64,000 bases of DNA from an uncultured Gammaproteobacteria bacterium. GTDB taxonomy: Bacteria; Pseudomonadota; Gammaproteobacteria; Xanthomonadales; Xanthomonadaceae. The stretch is from the NCBI GenBank assembly GCA_966096795.1, contig CBHTVR010000011.1:324-64323 (forward strand), given 5' to 3'. The notes under the pieces are model-generated. The model ran no database searches, was not told the origin of the DNA, and worked only from the letters and a program-made list of their open reading frames with translations. Each line of letters starts with the position of its first letter. Position 1 is the first letter of the stretch. Made by a program: the position numbers and the translations under genes. Below are positions 1-9,012 of the stretch, piece by piece.

Positions 1-124
1 GGTGGGATTCATACTCACGGCGGCCCCGAGGATAACAAGTGTTGAGAAAGTTCACAGTGCCGAAGCACACGTCTTTGCCCGCGCTGCTATGCTCGTAATC
101 CGTGCCCCCCGTCGAGTCTCGGCC

Positions 125-592
125 ATGCGCATCGTCATTAAAACTGTGTTCGCCATCGCGTTTCTCGCCCTGCTTGCATCGTGCTCCAGCGGACCGCGCA
201 AGCGCATCAATCCGCCCAAGGCCAGCATCCAGCAATTGGCGGTGCAGGCCGATGGCAGCTGGAAGATCAGCTTGCGCTTGCAGAACTTCAGCAACATCGG
301 CACCGACTTCGCCATGGTGGACGCCAAGCTCTTCATCGGCGGGCAGGACGCGGGCCGCGTGCAGGTCAATGCCGGCATCAATATCGGGCCCGAGTCGGCC
401 GATGTGGTGGACGCCAGGCTGACGCCCACGCTGGGCGGCAAGCTGGTGGTGGCCTCGGCGCTGGCGGCGCGCCAGTCCGCCACTTACACACTGACGGGCA
501 GCATCGTTACCACCAAGCCCAAGGGCACCTACAACTTCACCCACGACAGCCAGCTCGACCCCGCGCCCGGCTTGAATGGCGTCATGCGCTAA
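125..592 (+). CDS. putative lipoprotein, LEA_2/LEA14-like domain (155 aa)
   Basis: ORF 2..592 trimmed to the ATG at 125. The N-terminus MRIVIKTVFAIAFLALLASCSS is a signal peptide plus lipobox (LLAS|C). The rest is a ~130 aa beta-rich domain. The family name is from memory only. Confidence 0.55.
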   Translation: MRIVIKTVFAIAFLALLASCSSGPRKRINPPKASIQQLAVQADGSWKISLRLQNFSNIGTDFAMVDAKLFIGGQDAGRVQVNAGINIGPESADVVDARLTPTLGGKLVVASALAARQSATYTLTGSIVTTKPKGTYNFTHDSQLDPAPGLNGVMR

Positions 593-601
593 GGAAGAAC
601 C

Positions 602-2371
602 ATGAACACCTACAAGGCCCCGCTGCAGGACATGCGCTTCGCCCTGTTCGACGTGCTGCAGGGCGAAGCCCTGTTCGCGCGCCTGGGCATTGGCAATGCC
701 CAGCGCGACGTAATGGACGCGGTGCTGGACGAAGGCGCGCGCTTTACCGAAACCGTGCTGGCGCCGCTGAACGCGGTCGGCGATGAAGTGGGCTGCGTGC
801 ACGACAAGGCCACCGGCAATGTTTCCACCCCGCCCGGCTTCAAGCAGGCCTACGCGCAGTTCGTGGATGGCGGCTGGACCGGCCTGACCGCGCCCGAGCA
901 CATGGGCGGCCAGGACTTGCCCGAAGCGCTGGGCGCAGTAGTAAAGGAAATGATCGACGCCGCCAACCTGAGCTGGGGTAACTATCCCCTGCTCTCGCAT
1001 GGCGCCATCGAAGCGCTGAAGCAACACGGCGAAGACTGGCAGAAGGAAGTCTTCCTCAAGCCCATCATCGCCGGAAAGTGGACCGGCACCATGTGCCTGA
1101 CCGAGCCGCATGCCGGTTCCGACCTTGGCATGTTGAAGACGCGCGCGGAACCCGCGGCCGACAATACCTATTCGATTACCGGCACCAAAATCTTCATCAC
1201 CGGCGGCGAGCACGATTTCACCGACAACATCGTGCACCTGGTGCTGGCGCGCCTGCCGGATGCGCCGGCGGGCACCAAGGGCATCTCGCTGTTCATCGTG
1301 CCGAAGATGAAAGTGGCGCGCGATGGCACGGTAGGCGAACGCAATGCCGTGCGCTGCGGTTCCATCGAACACAAGATGGGCATCCACGGTTCGGCCACCT
1401 GCGTGATGAACTTCGACGGCGCGCAGGGCTATCTGATCGGCCAGGCGAACAAGGGCCTGATGGCCATGTTTACCATGATGAATACCGCGCGACTCGCCGT
1501 GGGCCTGCAAGGCCTGGGCCTGATTGATCGCGCGCACCAGAACGCGCTGACGTATGCGCAGGATCGCGTGCAAGGGCGTTCGCTGTCGGGCGCGAAGAAT
1601 CCCGACAAGCCGGCCGACCCGCTGGTGGTGCATCCAGATATCCGGCGCATGCTGCTGACCTGCAAGGCGCTGGGCGAAGGCGGCCGCCTGCTGGCGCTGC
1701 ACGCCGCATCGTTGGTGGATGTGCTGGAACGCAGCAAGGACGAAGCCGAACACAAGGCCGCCGACGAGCTACTCGGTTTCCTGACGCCCATCGTCAAGGG
1801 CATGCTGACCGAGTGGTCGGTGGAGTGCACCTACCACGCCCTGCAATGTTTCGGCGGCCACGGCTATGTGCGCGAATGGGGCATGGAGCAACTGGCGCGC
1901 GACGCCCGCATCACCACCATCTACGAAGGCACCACGCAGATCCAGGCGCTGGACCTGCTTGGTCGCAAGACCTTGCAACTGCAAGGCGCCGGGCTGCGCC
2001 AGTTCATGGGCATGATCCAGAAGTTCTGCGAGCTGCACAGCAAGACCGCCGACATGATCGAGTTCGTCCTGCCCCTGGCCGAAGTGACCAAGCAGTGGAG
2101 CGAACTGACCATGGAGATCGGCCGCAAGTCTGCCGCCAACCCCGAAGAAATGGGCGCCGCCGCCGTGGACTACCTGTTCTATTCCGGCTACGTGGCCCTG
2201 GCCTATTGGTGGGCCATGGCGGTGTCGGTCGCGGACGTTAGCGACTACCCGGAAGAGTTCAAGCAGGCCAAACTCGAGACAGCGCGCTTCTACTTCGCGC
2301 GCATCTTGCCGCGAGTAAATGCGCATTCGGCGGGTGTTCGCGCCGGTGTGGCGAGCCTGGGTGCCGCTTAA
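602..2371 (+). CDS. long-form acyl-CoA dehydrogenase (589 aa)
   Basis: Full ORF with AAGGAAG just upstream of the ATG. ACAD-type motifs are visible: [43 protein letters not shown]. Confidence 0.9.
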   Translation: MNTYKAPLQDMRFALFDVLQGEALFARLGIGNAQRDVMDAVLDEGARFTETVLAPLNAVGDEVGCVHDKATGNVSTPPGFKQAYAQFVDGGWTGLTAPEHMGGQDLPEALGAVVKEMIDAANLSWGNYPLLSHGAIEALKQHGEDWQKEVFLKPIIAGKWTGTMCLTEPHAGSDLGMLKTRAEPAADNTYSITGTKIFITGGEHDFTDNIVHLVLARLPDAPAGTKGISLFIVPKMKVARDGTVGERNAVRCGSIEHKMGIHGSATCVMNFDGAQGYLIGQANKGLMAMFTMMNTARLAVGLQGLGLIDRAHQNALTYAQDRVQGRSLSGAKNPDKPADPLVVHPDIRRMLLTCKALGEGGRLLALHAASLVDVLERSKDEAEHKAADELLGFLTPIVKGMLTEWSVECTYHALQCFGGHGYVREWGMEQLARDARITTIYEGTTQIQALDLLGRKTLQLQGAGLRQFMGMIQKFCELHSKTADMIEFVLPLAEVTKQWSELTMEIGRKSAANPEEMGAAAVDYLFYSGYVALAYWWAMAVSVADVSDYPEEFKQAKLETARFYFARILPRVNAHSAGVRAGVASLGAA

Positions 2372-2673
2372 CGCCAGTTAACGAGTTCCTGCGCGCTCAA
2401 GTAGCCGTTGTGGTTGCTGTCGACCACTTTGAATTCGTACTGCAGCGCATGGCCCACGGGAATTTCCGCGCGTGACAACTGGCCGTCGCCATTGCGGTCC
2501 CAGTCGGCGATGTTCACGTGGTATTCGCTTTCCTTGGCTAGCGCGGGCTGGCCCCAGGTAACGGTAAGCGGGCCAGCCGTGGTGTCGAAGTGGGTGGTGT
2601 TGTTGGTGACGTTGGCGATCGCCAAGGGCGACACCAGGGTCAGGGCGAGGATGAGGGGCTTGCTCAGGTTCAT
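2368..2673 (-). CDS. small secreted EF-hand calcium-binding protein (101 aa)
   Basis: ORF 2368..2841 trimmed to the ATG at 2673, with GGAGG 8 nt upstream on the minus strand. Signal peptide is MNLSKPLILALTLVSPLAIA. Two canonical EF-hand loops are present: DWDRNGDGQLSRAE and DSNHNGYLSAQE. Its stop overlaps the ACAD stop (ttaa at 2368..2371). Confidence 0.75.
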   Translation of the reverse strand: MNLSKPLILALTLVSPLAIANVTNNTTHFDTTAGPLTVTWGQPALAKESEYHVNIADWDRNGDGQLSRAEIPVGHALQYEFKVVDSNHNGYLSAQELVNWR

Positions 2674-2939
2674 GAGGGTGCCTCCTTTTGGGGAGCTTGC
2701 AGCCTGAGCCCATCGGCCAAAACAGGTTATGAATCGGCGCGTTATTCGCCAAACCGGTTCAGCTATTTGAAATGAAGTGTTGCACCGTATGCGGAGCTCA
2801 CGCGGCGGAATGGCCCCGGCAGACGGGGAACGGCAATTCACACAATGGGAGTCTCAAGCGACTAGAGAACCCTAGTTGATTCAGTCTTGACAGAGAATGC
2901 CCAGCTAACAATCCGATGGCTGTTGAAATTCCGGGGTAT

Positions 2940-3386
2940 CTACCATCCGAGCATAAGTCGACTTATGGGCGAGTCGAGCTTGAACTTTCTATATGAGGCC
3001 TTTTGGCATGTAAAACCCAGCGTTTGGCCTTCAAATTCACCTACTACACTTATTTGCAATAAGTTGTTCGCACCTCGCGAAACTGAGAGGTGCTCAACAC
3101 CCATCTGGCGCCCGATTACGATTCCTTTGAGGGTGAGGCATTCAACTAATTCGAAATGCAGCAGGTAAAAGTGAACGAGATCCGGCAGAATTCCAGCCAG
3201 AGTCATCGAATTGGATAGCCTTGTCTCAGCCTCTATCACTACGCCCAGCAGGACAGAATCGTGCAGGCCGTGCGCATCCAATTCCGACGCAACCATTTCA
3301 CCTTGCACTGAAAAGATGTCGCCTTCGCTCGAGAGCGAAAAAGCGATTCCCTTAACTACTTGAGGGACAAAATTCAATGTATCCAT
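2940..3386 (-). CDS. putative immunity protein of orphan Rhs cassette C (148 aa, cytoplasmic, no family recognised)
   Basis: Starts 6 nt after the stop of the Rhs fragment 3393..4406, same strand. It is AT-richer than the surrounding genome (hand count 29/60 G+C at 2941..3000). The call rests on position only. Confidence 0.5.
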   Translation of the reverse strand: MDTLNFVPQVVKGIAFSLSSEGDIFSVQGEMVASELDAHGLHDSVLLGVVIEAETRLSNSMTLAGILPDLVHFYLLHFELVECLTLKGIVIGRQMGVEHLSVSRGANNLLQISVVGEFEGQTLGFTCQKASYRKFKLDSPISRLMLGW

Positions 3387-3392
3387 TGTTCG

Positions 3393-4406
3393 TCAGCAAC
3401 CATCAAAGTCTGGATCCATTGAACACGCTTTGTTAATAGAAAGGTTTTCCATGTACCCGGTAACAATGGTAGCCACTCCCAGGGACTTCCCAAGCGTCTT
3501 TAGCACTTGCAAGGATCCCGATCGTGCCATTCCCGCTCTTATAGCACTCCCAAAGTTAGAACCTTTGATGTCCACAGTTCCCTTGGGGGCTAGCCAACCA
3601 GCCTTGCGAGCCTCCTGAGCCAAAGCACTCTTCAACCTGACATCTGCGGTCAGATTCATGGTTGGCGCCTTGTCATGACCATGCTTTGCCAGCCAATTTC
3701 CATCGGGCCCAACAATACCAACTTCTTGTTTCCTCAGCCCTTTCGAGTCACGGTCGCCAACGGCGCCATCCAAATCGGAGCCCCGCTTGTAGACGTGAAT
3801 TTCATACACTTCAGAATTTGGGACTCTATCTCTGCGCCCGACATAGTCGTCTCCCAAATCTATTTCGTCTTTGCCAAACAGATCTCCGGACGCCCTCCCA
3901 TCAATATCAGTAAAACGCCAAGGATTGTTGTTGGCATACCAATATCGATTGAAGTTATTCCCGTTGGTGAAATCGGCCACCACCGGATCTGTCGATAAGA
4001 ACCGCCCCACCTGCGGATCATAGTATCGCTGCTGCATGTAGGTCAGCCCGGTGCCCACATCGATGAAGTGGCCGGTGTAGCCCACGCCATCCACCGGTGC
4101 CGTCGGTGCGCCGTAGGGAGTGTAGCTGGTGCGGTTCAGCACGGTCTTGCTCGCGTCGGTGGTGACTACCGGGCTGCCCAGGGCGTCGGTGTGTTTGTAG
4201 CGGGCGTTGACGGCGCCGCCGGCCAGCGTGACCTCGTACAGGCCCACCAGGGTGTTGCCCAGGTAGATGTAGCCGTTGCGCACGCCTCTTCGGTTGCTCC
4301 AGTCCTGCAGCAGGCGGCCGTCGGCGCTGTAGCCGAAGTACTCGATGGTGCCGGTGGCTAGGTTCGTGGTGCGCACGCAGCCAGCGGCAGGCCAATGGCT
4401 CGTCAT
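3393..4406 (-). CDS. orphan Rhs core fragment plus C-terminal toxin of unknown type (cassette C, 337 aa)
   Basis: After 10 unrelated residues (MTSHWPAAGC) it matches the end of the Rhs core, VRTTNLATGTIEYFGY...RYKHTDALGSPVVTTD...LTYMQQRYYDPQVGRF...NNNPWRFTDIDGR. The core-end motif lies at 3894..3908. A unique ~166 aa tail follows. Confidence 0.8.
   Translation of the reverse strand: MTSHWPAAGCVRTTNLATGTIEYFGYSADGRLLQDWSNRRGVRNGYIYLGNTLVGLYEVTLAGGAVNARYKHTDALGSPVVTTDASKTVLNRTSYTPYGAPTAPVDGVGYTGHFIDVGTGLTYMQQRYYDPQVGRFLSTDPVVADFTNGNNFNRYWYANNNPWRFTDIDGRASGDLFGKDEIDLGDDYVGRRDRVPNSEVYEIHVYKRGSDLDGAVGDRDSKGLRKQEVGIVGPDGNWLAKHGHDKAPTMNLTADVRLKSALAQEARKAGWLAPKGTVDIKGSNFGSAIRAGMARSGSLQVLKTLGKSLGVATIVTGYMENLSINKACSMDPDFDGC
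4014..4378. repeat. Rhs core handle, copy C (near-identical to 5341..5705 and 7090..7454)
   Basis: Hand alignment of the three DNA stretches shows only scattered mismatches. Homology stops at gcgcacgc (4378). Confidence 0.85.
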
Positions 4407-4432
4407 GACCTGAAGCCCTTTCCCAGAGTCGT

Positions 4433-4627
4433 CTACCGCTTCGGTCCTGCCTTTGCTAGAGCGACCAGAAGAGCGATCGCAAGGACTACGTAGATCACGA
4501 TCGTTGTCCGATTGATTGAGATCAGGCCTATGTCAAGGCGATGTCTCTCTCGAAGGTAGAACAACAAGATCAAACCGGCGAGGACAGCGACAGACACGAG
4601 AAAATTGGTGCACTTTCGCAAATTCAT
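4433..4627 (-). CDS. putative immunity protein of orphan cassette B (64 aa, two predicted TM helices)
   Basis: The first ORF downstream of the Rhs fragment 4750..5703, same strand, 122 nt gap. Two hydrophobic stretches are visible: FLVSVAVLAGLILLFYL and TIVIYVVLAIALLVALA. The call rests on position only. Confidence 0.45.
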   Translation of the reverse strand: MNLRKCTNFLVSVAVLAGLILLFYLRERHRLDIGLISINRTTIVIYVVLAIALLVALAKAGPKR

Positions 4628-5340
4628 GTTCGATGGATCCTTATCATTCAGATAGCCATCTTGGCGTAAGAGGACAGTACGCTCAATCAGTTCGCCATGA
4701 GCGCGTCTCCATTCGCTCTAGATTTTATGAATCGGCCAAGTTCCTTAGCTCAGTTTTCATTCCTAGTTTCTTCCACCGTTCGCTCTCCCGCACAAGTAAA
4801 GAACGCGTTGACGTCGGAGACGATAAAGGCCGCCTTCACAATAGGAATACCTTTCACGAGTGCTCCAAGGCCCGATTCCGACATTTCCTTCGCTCCGTTT
4901 GTCTTGACGATGTGCTCTGCGCCTCTTATCGCCCCCTCTTTCGCAGTATTTTGGGCGATGCTCTTGGCGTCGAGCCCTACAACTGTGGCGACAGCGCAAA
5001 CGCCAATATTGGTGACCACCTGCCCCCCTGCCTTGGCAGCGGACGCGACGGTATTCTTCACGTCAATAGCTGCCGTCTTAGAATCCTGCTTGTCCGGCAC
5101 TTCTGCCGCGGTCTCGCTTCCTAAGCTTTTTGCCGCAGCTCTGGTATCGCCGCTTTCAGTGCCGCCTGCAAATACATTGGTAAGCACTTGGGCCAATGTC
5201 TCCGTCCAGGTTTGCGCCGATCGTCCATCCGGGTCTATAAATCTATAAGGATTGCTACTCGCGTAGCCATATCGATTGAAATTCGCTCCCGCAGCGGTTT
5301 GGACCTTAACAGGATCGACGGTGAGGAAACGGCCAATCTG

Positions 5341-5721
5341 CGGATCGTAGTACCGCTGCTGCATATAGGTCAGGCTGGTGCCCACATCGATGAAGTGGCC
5401 GGTGTAGCCCACGCCATCCACCGGCGCCGTCGGTGCGCCGTAGGGCGTGTAGCTGGTGCGGTTCAGGATTGCCTTGCTGGCGTCGGTGGTGACCACCGGG
5501 CTGCCCAGGGCGTCGGTGTGCTTGTAGCGGGCGTTGACGGCGCCGCCGGCCAGCGTGACCTCGTACAGGCCCACCAGGGTGTTGCCCAGGTAGATGTAGC
5601 CGTTGCGCACGCCGCGTCGGTTGCTCCAGTCCTGCAGCAGGCGGCCGTCCTGGCCGTAGCCGAAGTATTCGATCGTGCCGGTGGCCAGGTTCGTGGTGCG
5701 CACGCGGCGGCCGTTGCCGTC
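5341..5721. repeat. Rhs core handle, copy B (381 bp, nearly identical to 7090..7470)
   Basis: Hand alignment shows identity except a few positions near both ends (for example caggctggtgc vs cagcccagtac). Confidence 0.85.
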
Positions 5722-5772
5722 GGCCGCTCACGGGCATCCTGCCCTCCGCGGCACTCGCACATCCTGTGCAGC
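5722..5772. other. 51-bp insertion relative to the paralogous core sequence at 7470/7471
   Basis: Copy A reads ccgttgccgtc|gtagagatag. Copy B reads ccgttgccgtc + ggccgctcacgggcatcctgccctccgcggcactcgcacatcctgtgcagc + gtagaggtag. On the coding strand the insert translates as AAQDVRVPRRAGCP*AA. Confidence 0.85.
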
Positions 5773-5983
5773 GTAGAGGTAGCTTTCCAGGGTGTTCACC
5801 TGGCTCATGCGGTGGGCCAGGTCGAAGGTGTAGCTCTGGCCGCGGTAAAGGTTGGCGGTGATGTTGCCGCGGGCGTCGGTACTTACGGCTTGGGTCGAGA
5901 AGGTCGGTGCGGACGGGCGCTTGGGCGCTAAATTGCTTGGAGAACAGCAGTCGATCCATCCTACTCCGCAGGCTCGTGCGAAC

Positions 5984-6406
5984 CTAGCCCACCCTCTTTT
6001 GGATGACAAAAACCGTTATCAAGAAAGTCGACGCGCCCATGCACAACCAAGCAATCCAGAAGCTTAGCGGAAACGGATCTGACGCAGACAATGCAAAGAA
6101 TGCGGAATAACCGAGCATGAAGACAGCAGAAATTCCCGCAATTCCCTTGACAGAAGAAACCTTCATCACCGTCAGGCAAAACACGATGAAGGAAAAAACA
6201 GGATACAAGGTGAGAAGAAAGAACATTCCTGAAAATATTAGTCCACCACGCAACGCTCCAGCCACTCCAACATCCGCATAGAAAGCGCCAGGAGCAGAAA
6301 TTATTAGGGCTGTTGCAAGGAATGTGCAGGACACGAATTCCAGCACCTTTGTCAACAGGAATGATGCCGTGTACTTGGTAAACCGCTGCTTCATGTCTTT
6401 CCTCAC
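5984..6406 (-). CDS. putative immunity protein of cassette A (about 136-140 aa, polytopic membrane protein)
   Basis: Its start (GTG at 6406 or ATG at 6394) abuts or overlaps the Rhs stop at 6403. Four hydrophobic segments are visible, and it is AT-richer than the Rhs core. Confidence 0.55.
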   Translation of the reverse strand: MRKDMKQRFTKYTASFLLTKVLEFVSCTFLATALIISAPGAFYADVGVAGALRGGLIFSGMFFLLTLYPVFSFIVFCLTVMKVSSVKGIAGISAVFMLGYSAFFALSASDPFPLSFWIAWLCMGASTFLITVFVIQKRVG

Positions 6407-9012
6407 GGGCTGGATCGGCGCACTTCCGTCATGTACTTGCCCATAACATTCCTGTCGGCCTCACTTCCAAAATTAATCGCCCGTCCAAGTTCGGCGCGAG
6501 CCATATTGGCTGCCCTTGCAATATTCGGGTCCGTCACGGAATTCATCGAGCCAAAAAGATCCGACCTGTTCGCATTCGTGTTCATTGTAGAAATCACGTT
6601 GCGATAGAGCTCGGGATTCGATGCCTGAAGCCCATTAAGCGCCTTTTGGATGTAGCTTTGCTCATCCTTGACGAGACGCAAATCAAGAGCACGGCCGGTC
6701 TCCTTTATCTGACCGCTGTCTATCTTTGCTGCCTGCCCGTCGTTGAAGTCTGCAATTCCCTGGCTCAACGCATTTAAATAGTTGTCCGCTTCTGGATTCA
6801 CCCCGGCGATCGCCTTGCCGCCCGGAAGATCCATGTTGGCCAGATTCTCCGTCATATCAGACACGGCGCCGAAGTAGGTGGTGTCCGTCTTTCCACCACT
6901 GTACTTGGCGTCCAACTCATCATAATGGCCTGATCTGTCACAGTACTCTGATGTTTGCCCGACACATATTCGACCATCAATATCCTTGTTTGTGTTCGGA
7001 TTGTTGTTGGCGTACCAGTATCGATTGAAGTTCGCTCCCGTCGCGTTGTCGGCCGCGACCGGATCGGCGGAAATGAACCGCCCCACAATCGGATCATAAT
7101 AGCGCTGCTGCATATAGGTCAGCCCAGTACCCACATCGATGAAGTGGCCGGTGTAGCCCACGCCATCCACCGGCGCCGTCGGTGCGCCGTAGGGCGTGTA
7201 GCTGGTGCGGTTCAGGATTGCCTTGCTGGCGTCGGTGGTGACCACCGGGCTGCCCAGGGCGTCGGTGTGCTTGTAGCGGGCGTTGACGGCGCCGCCGGCC
7301 AGCGTGACCTCGTACAGGCCCACCAGGGTGTTGCCCAGGTAGATGTAGCCGTTGCGCACGCCGCGTCGGTTGCTCCAGTCCTGCAGCAGGCGGCCGTCCT
7401 GGCCGTAGCCGAAGTATTCAATCGTGCCGGTGTTCAGGTTCGTGGTGCGCACGCGGCGGCCGTTGCCGTCGTAGAGATAGCTTTCCAGGGTGTTGACCTG
7501 GCTCATGCGGTGGGCCAGGTCGAAGGTGTAGCTCTGGCCGCGGTAGGCGTTGGCGGTGATATTGCCGCGGGCGTCGGTGCTCACGGCCTGGGCTGCGCCG
7601 CCGTTGTAGGTCAGGGTGGCGAGCTGGTTGTTGGCGTTGTAGCCGTAGCTCAGCACGCTGGCGCCCAGGCGGTTGCTGCGCAGGTTGTCCAGCGGGTCGT
7701 AGCTGTAGATCGCGTTGTAGTTGCCGGTCAGGCTGCCCCACTGGTTCGTGCTGCGCACGCTGGTCAGGCGGTCCAGGCCGTCGTAGAGCGTGGGCGCCAG
7801 CACGCCCCAGCTGCGGTTGTCGGCCGCGGCGGCGTTGGAGGCATCGCTCAGGCTGAGCACATTGCCGTTGGCGTCATAAGTGTAGCTGTCGTCCAGCACC
7901 TTGGTGGTGATGCCGCCGCTGACGTAGCTGTCCAGACTGCGGGCCGGCAGCTGGCGATAGTTCTGGGTCATGGCGTGGGTGATGCCGTTGCCGTAGGTGA
8001 AGCCGGACATGGCGCCGTTCGGGTAGTAGGTGACGTTGCTGGCGAAGGTGCCGGCCTGCGTGGGCCGGCCCAGGCCATCGGGGGCGTAGCCCACCACCAA
8101 GCTGCCCGGGTAGGTCTGGCTGCTGAGGTGGCCGTTGCTGTTGTAGGCGTAGTCGAAGGTCCAAGGCAAAAGCGTATTGACCTGCAACACTTCCTTGGTC
8201 AACAACCGGCGCTGGTTGTAGGTGTAGGTGGTGGTGACGGTGTTGCTGCCGGGGTTGGTCGTCGTTAGCGTGTTGACCTTGCCGTCGGGGTAATAGCTGG
8301 TGGTGGTGTTGGAGGTGCCGGCGGGCGTGGTGCGCGTGAGCTCGCGGTTCATCGCGTCGTAGGTGCGGCTGATCTGGTCGGCGGCGGCGACATTGCCGCG
8401 GTCGGTGCTGCACACACCGGTGGACACCTGCCCATCGGCGCTCCAGTCGATGTTGCTGGCAGCGTCGTAGGCCAAAATGGTCGTGCCCGACTCGGGTTCA
8501 ATGGTCTCGCACAGGCGCTCGTTCGCGTCGTACACGTAGCTGCGCACGGCCGACAAAGTGTTGCCGGCATAGGTGCCGGCGCGGGTGACGGACTTGGGCT
8601 TGCCGAACACGTCGCGCGCGATCGTGGTCTTCACGCCTTCGGGCAGGAAGATCTCGGTCGGGGCGTCGGTGCCGGGCTGGTCGAAGGCCTGGTAGCTGGT
8701 GGTGGTCTGGAAGCCGCGCGGGTTGGTGACCTGGGTCTGGTAGCCCGCCAGGTACTGGGTGCTGCTGGTGAGCACCGCGCCGCCCGGGCTGGCGGCGTTG
8801 TCCTGCTGCACCTGCATCACCCGGCCCAGGGCGTCGTAGGTCGTGCGGGTGCCGGTGAGGTTGTCGTTGATGGACGTCAGCGTGCCCACCGGATAGCTGG
8901 TAAACACTTGCCGCCCGGACAGGTCGTAGCGCTGCACCACGTAGCTGCGCGTGGCCGCGTTGGCGCTGTCTAGGCTAACGCACCCCGGGAAATACGTTGA
9001 CGTTCCGGCCAA
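6403..9012 (-). CDS. large 5'-truncated (orphan) Rhs protein with C-terminal toxin of unknown type (cassette A)
   Basis: YD/Rhs repeats run throughout. The core end is RYYDPIVGRF...NNNPNTNKDIDGR (motif at 6970..6984), followed by a unique ~188 aa tail. Homology to other Rhs sequence begins at about 8975, exactly at the stop of the upstream immunity gene. The only start in frame is a TTG at 9012 inside that gene, and there is no signal peptide. Confidence 0.85.
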   Translation of the reverse strand: MAGTSTYFPGCVSLDSANAATRSYVVQRYDLSGRQVFTSYPVGTLTSINDNLTGTRTTYDALGRVMQVQQDNAASPGGAVLTSSTQYLAGYQTQVTNPRGFQTTTSYQAFDQPGTDAPTEIFLPEGVKTTIARDVFGKPKSVTRAGTYAGNTLSAVRSYVYDANERLCETIEPESGTTILAYDAASNIDWSADGQVSTGVCSTDRGNVAAADQISRTYDAMNRELTRTTPAGTSNTTTSYYPDGKVNTLTTTNPGSNTVTTTYTYNQRRLLTKEVLQVNTLLPWTFDYAYNSNGHLSSQTYPGSLVVGYAPDGLGRPTQAGTFASNVTYYPNGAMSGFTYGNGITHAMTQNYRQLPARSLDSYVSGGITTKVLDDSYTYDANGNVLSLSDASNAAAADNRSWGVLAPTLYDGLDRLTSVRSTNQWGSLTGNYNAIYSYDPLDNLRSNRLGASVLSYGYNANNQLATLTYNGGAAQAVSTDARGNITANAYRGQSYTFDLAHRMSQVNTLESYLYDGNGRRVRTTNLNTGTIEYFGYGQDGRLLQDWSNRRGVRNGYIYLGNTLVGLYEVTLAGGAVNARYKHTDALGSPVVTTDASKAILNRTSYTPYGAPTAPVDGVGYTGHFIDVGTGLTYMQQRYYDPIVGRFISADPVAADNATGANFNRYWYANNNPNTNKDIDGRICVGQTSEYCDRSGHYDELDAKYSGGKTDTTYFGAVSDMTENLANMDLPGGKAIAGVNPEADNYLNALSQGIADFNDGQAAKIDSGQIKETGRALDLRLVKDEQSYIQKALNGLQASNPELYRNVISTMNTNANRSDLFGSMNSVTDPNIARAANMARAELGRAINFGSEADRNVMGKYMTEVRRSSP
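7090..7591. repeat. Rhs core handle, copy A (7090..7470 matches 5341..5721; 7471..7591 matches 5773..5893; 7090..7454 matches 4014..4378)
   Basis: Hand alignment of the DNA. Confidence 0.85.

Larger units (their letters stand above)
4750..5893 (-). pseudogene. orphan Rhs core fragment plus toxin (cassette B), interrupted by a 51-bp insertion carrying an in-frame stop
   Basis: 5773..5893 encodes QAVSTDARGNITANLYRGQSYTFDLAHRMSQVNTLESYLY, which matches 7471..7591 of the upstream copy. The insertion is at 5722..5772. Then 4750..5721 encodes DGNGRRVRTTNL...SSNPYRFIDPDGR (motif at 5221..5235) plus a unique ~156 aa Gly/Ala-rich tail. The ORF-track entry 4750..5703 begins at a GTG. Confidence 0.75.

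Noticed and set aside
2368-2371. Overlapping convergent stop codons (ttaa) of the acyl-CoA dehydrogenase and EF-hand genes
   Set aside because: This is real but a trivial consequence of tight convergent packing. No regulatory meaning can be supported.
6955-8268. 437-aa plus-strand ORF (and the similar 5188..5931, 4068..4361, 10282..11010)
   Set aside because: All are antisense to Rhs repeat genes. Their repetition only mirrors the Rhs core repeats.
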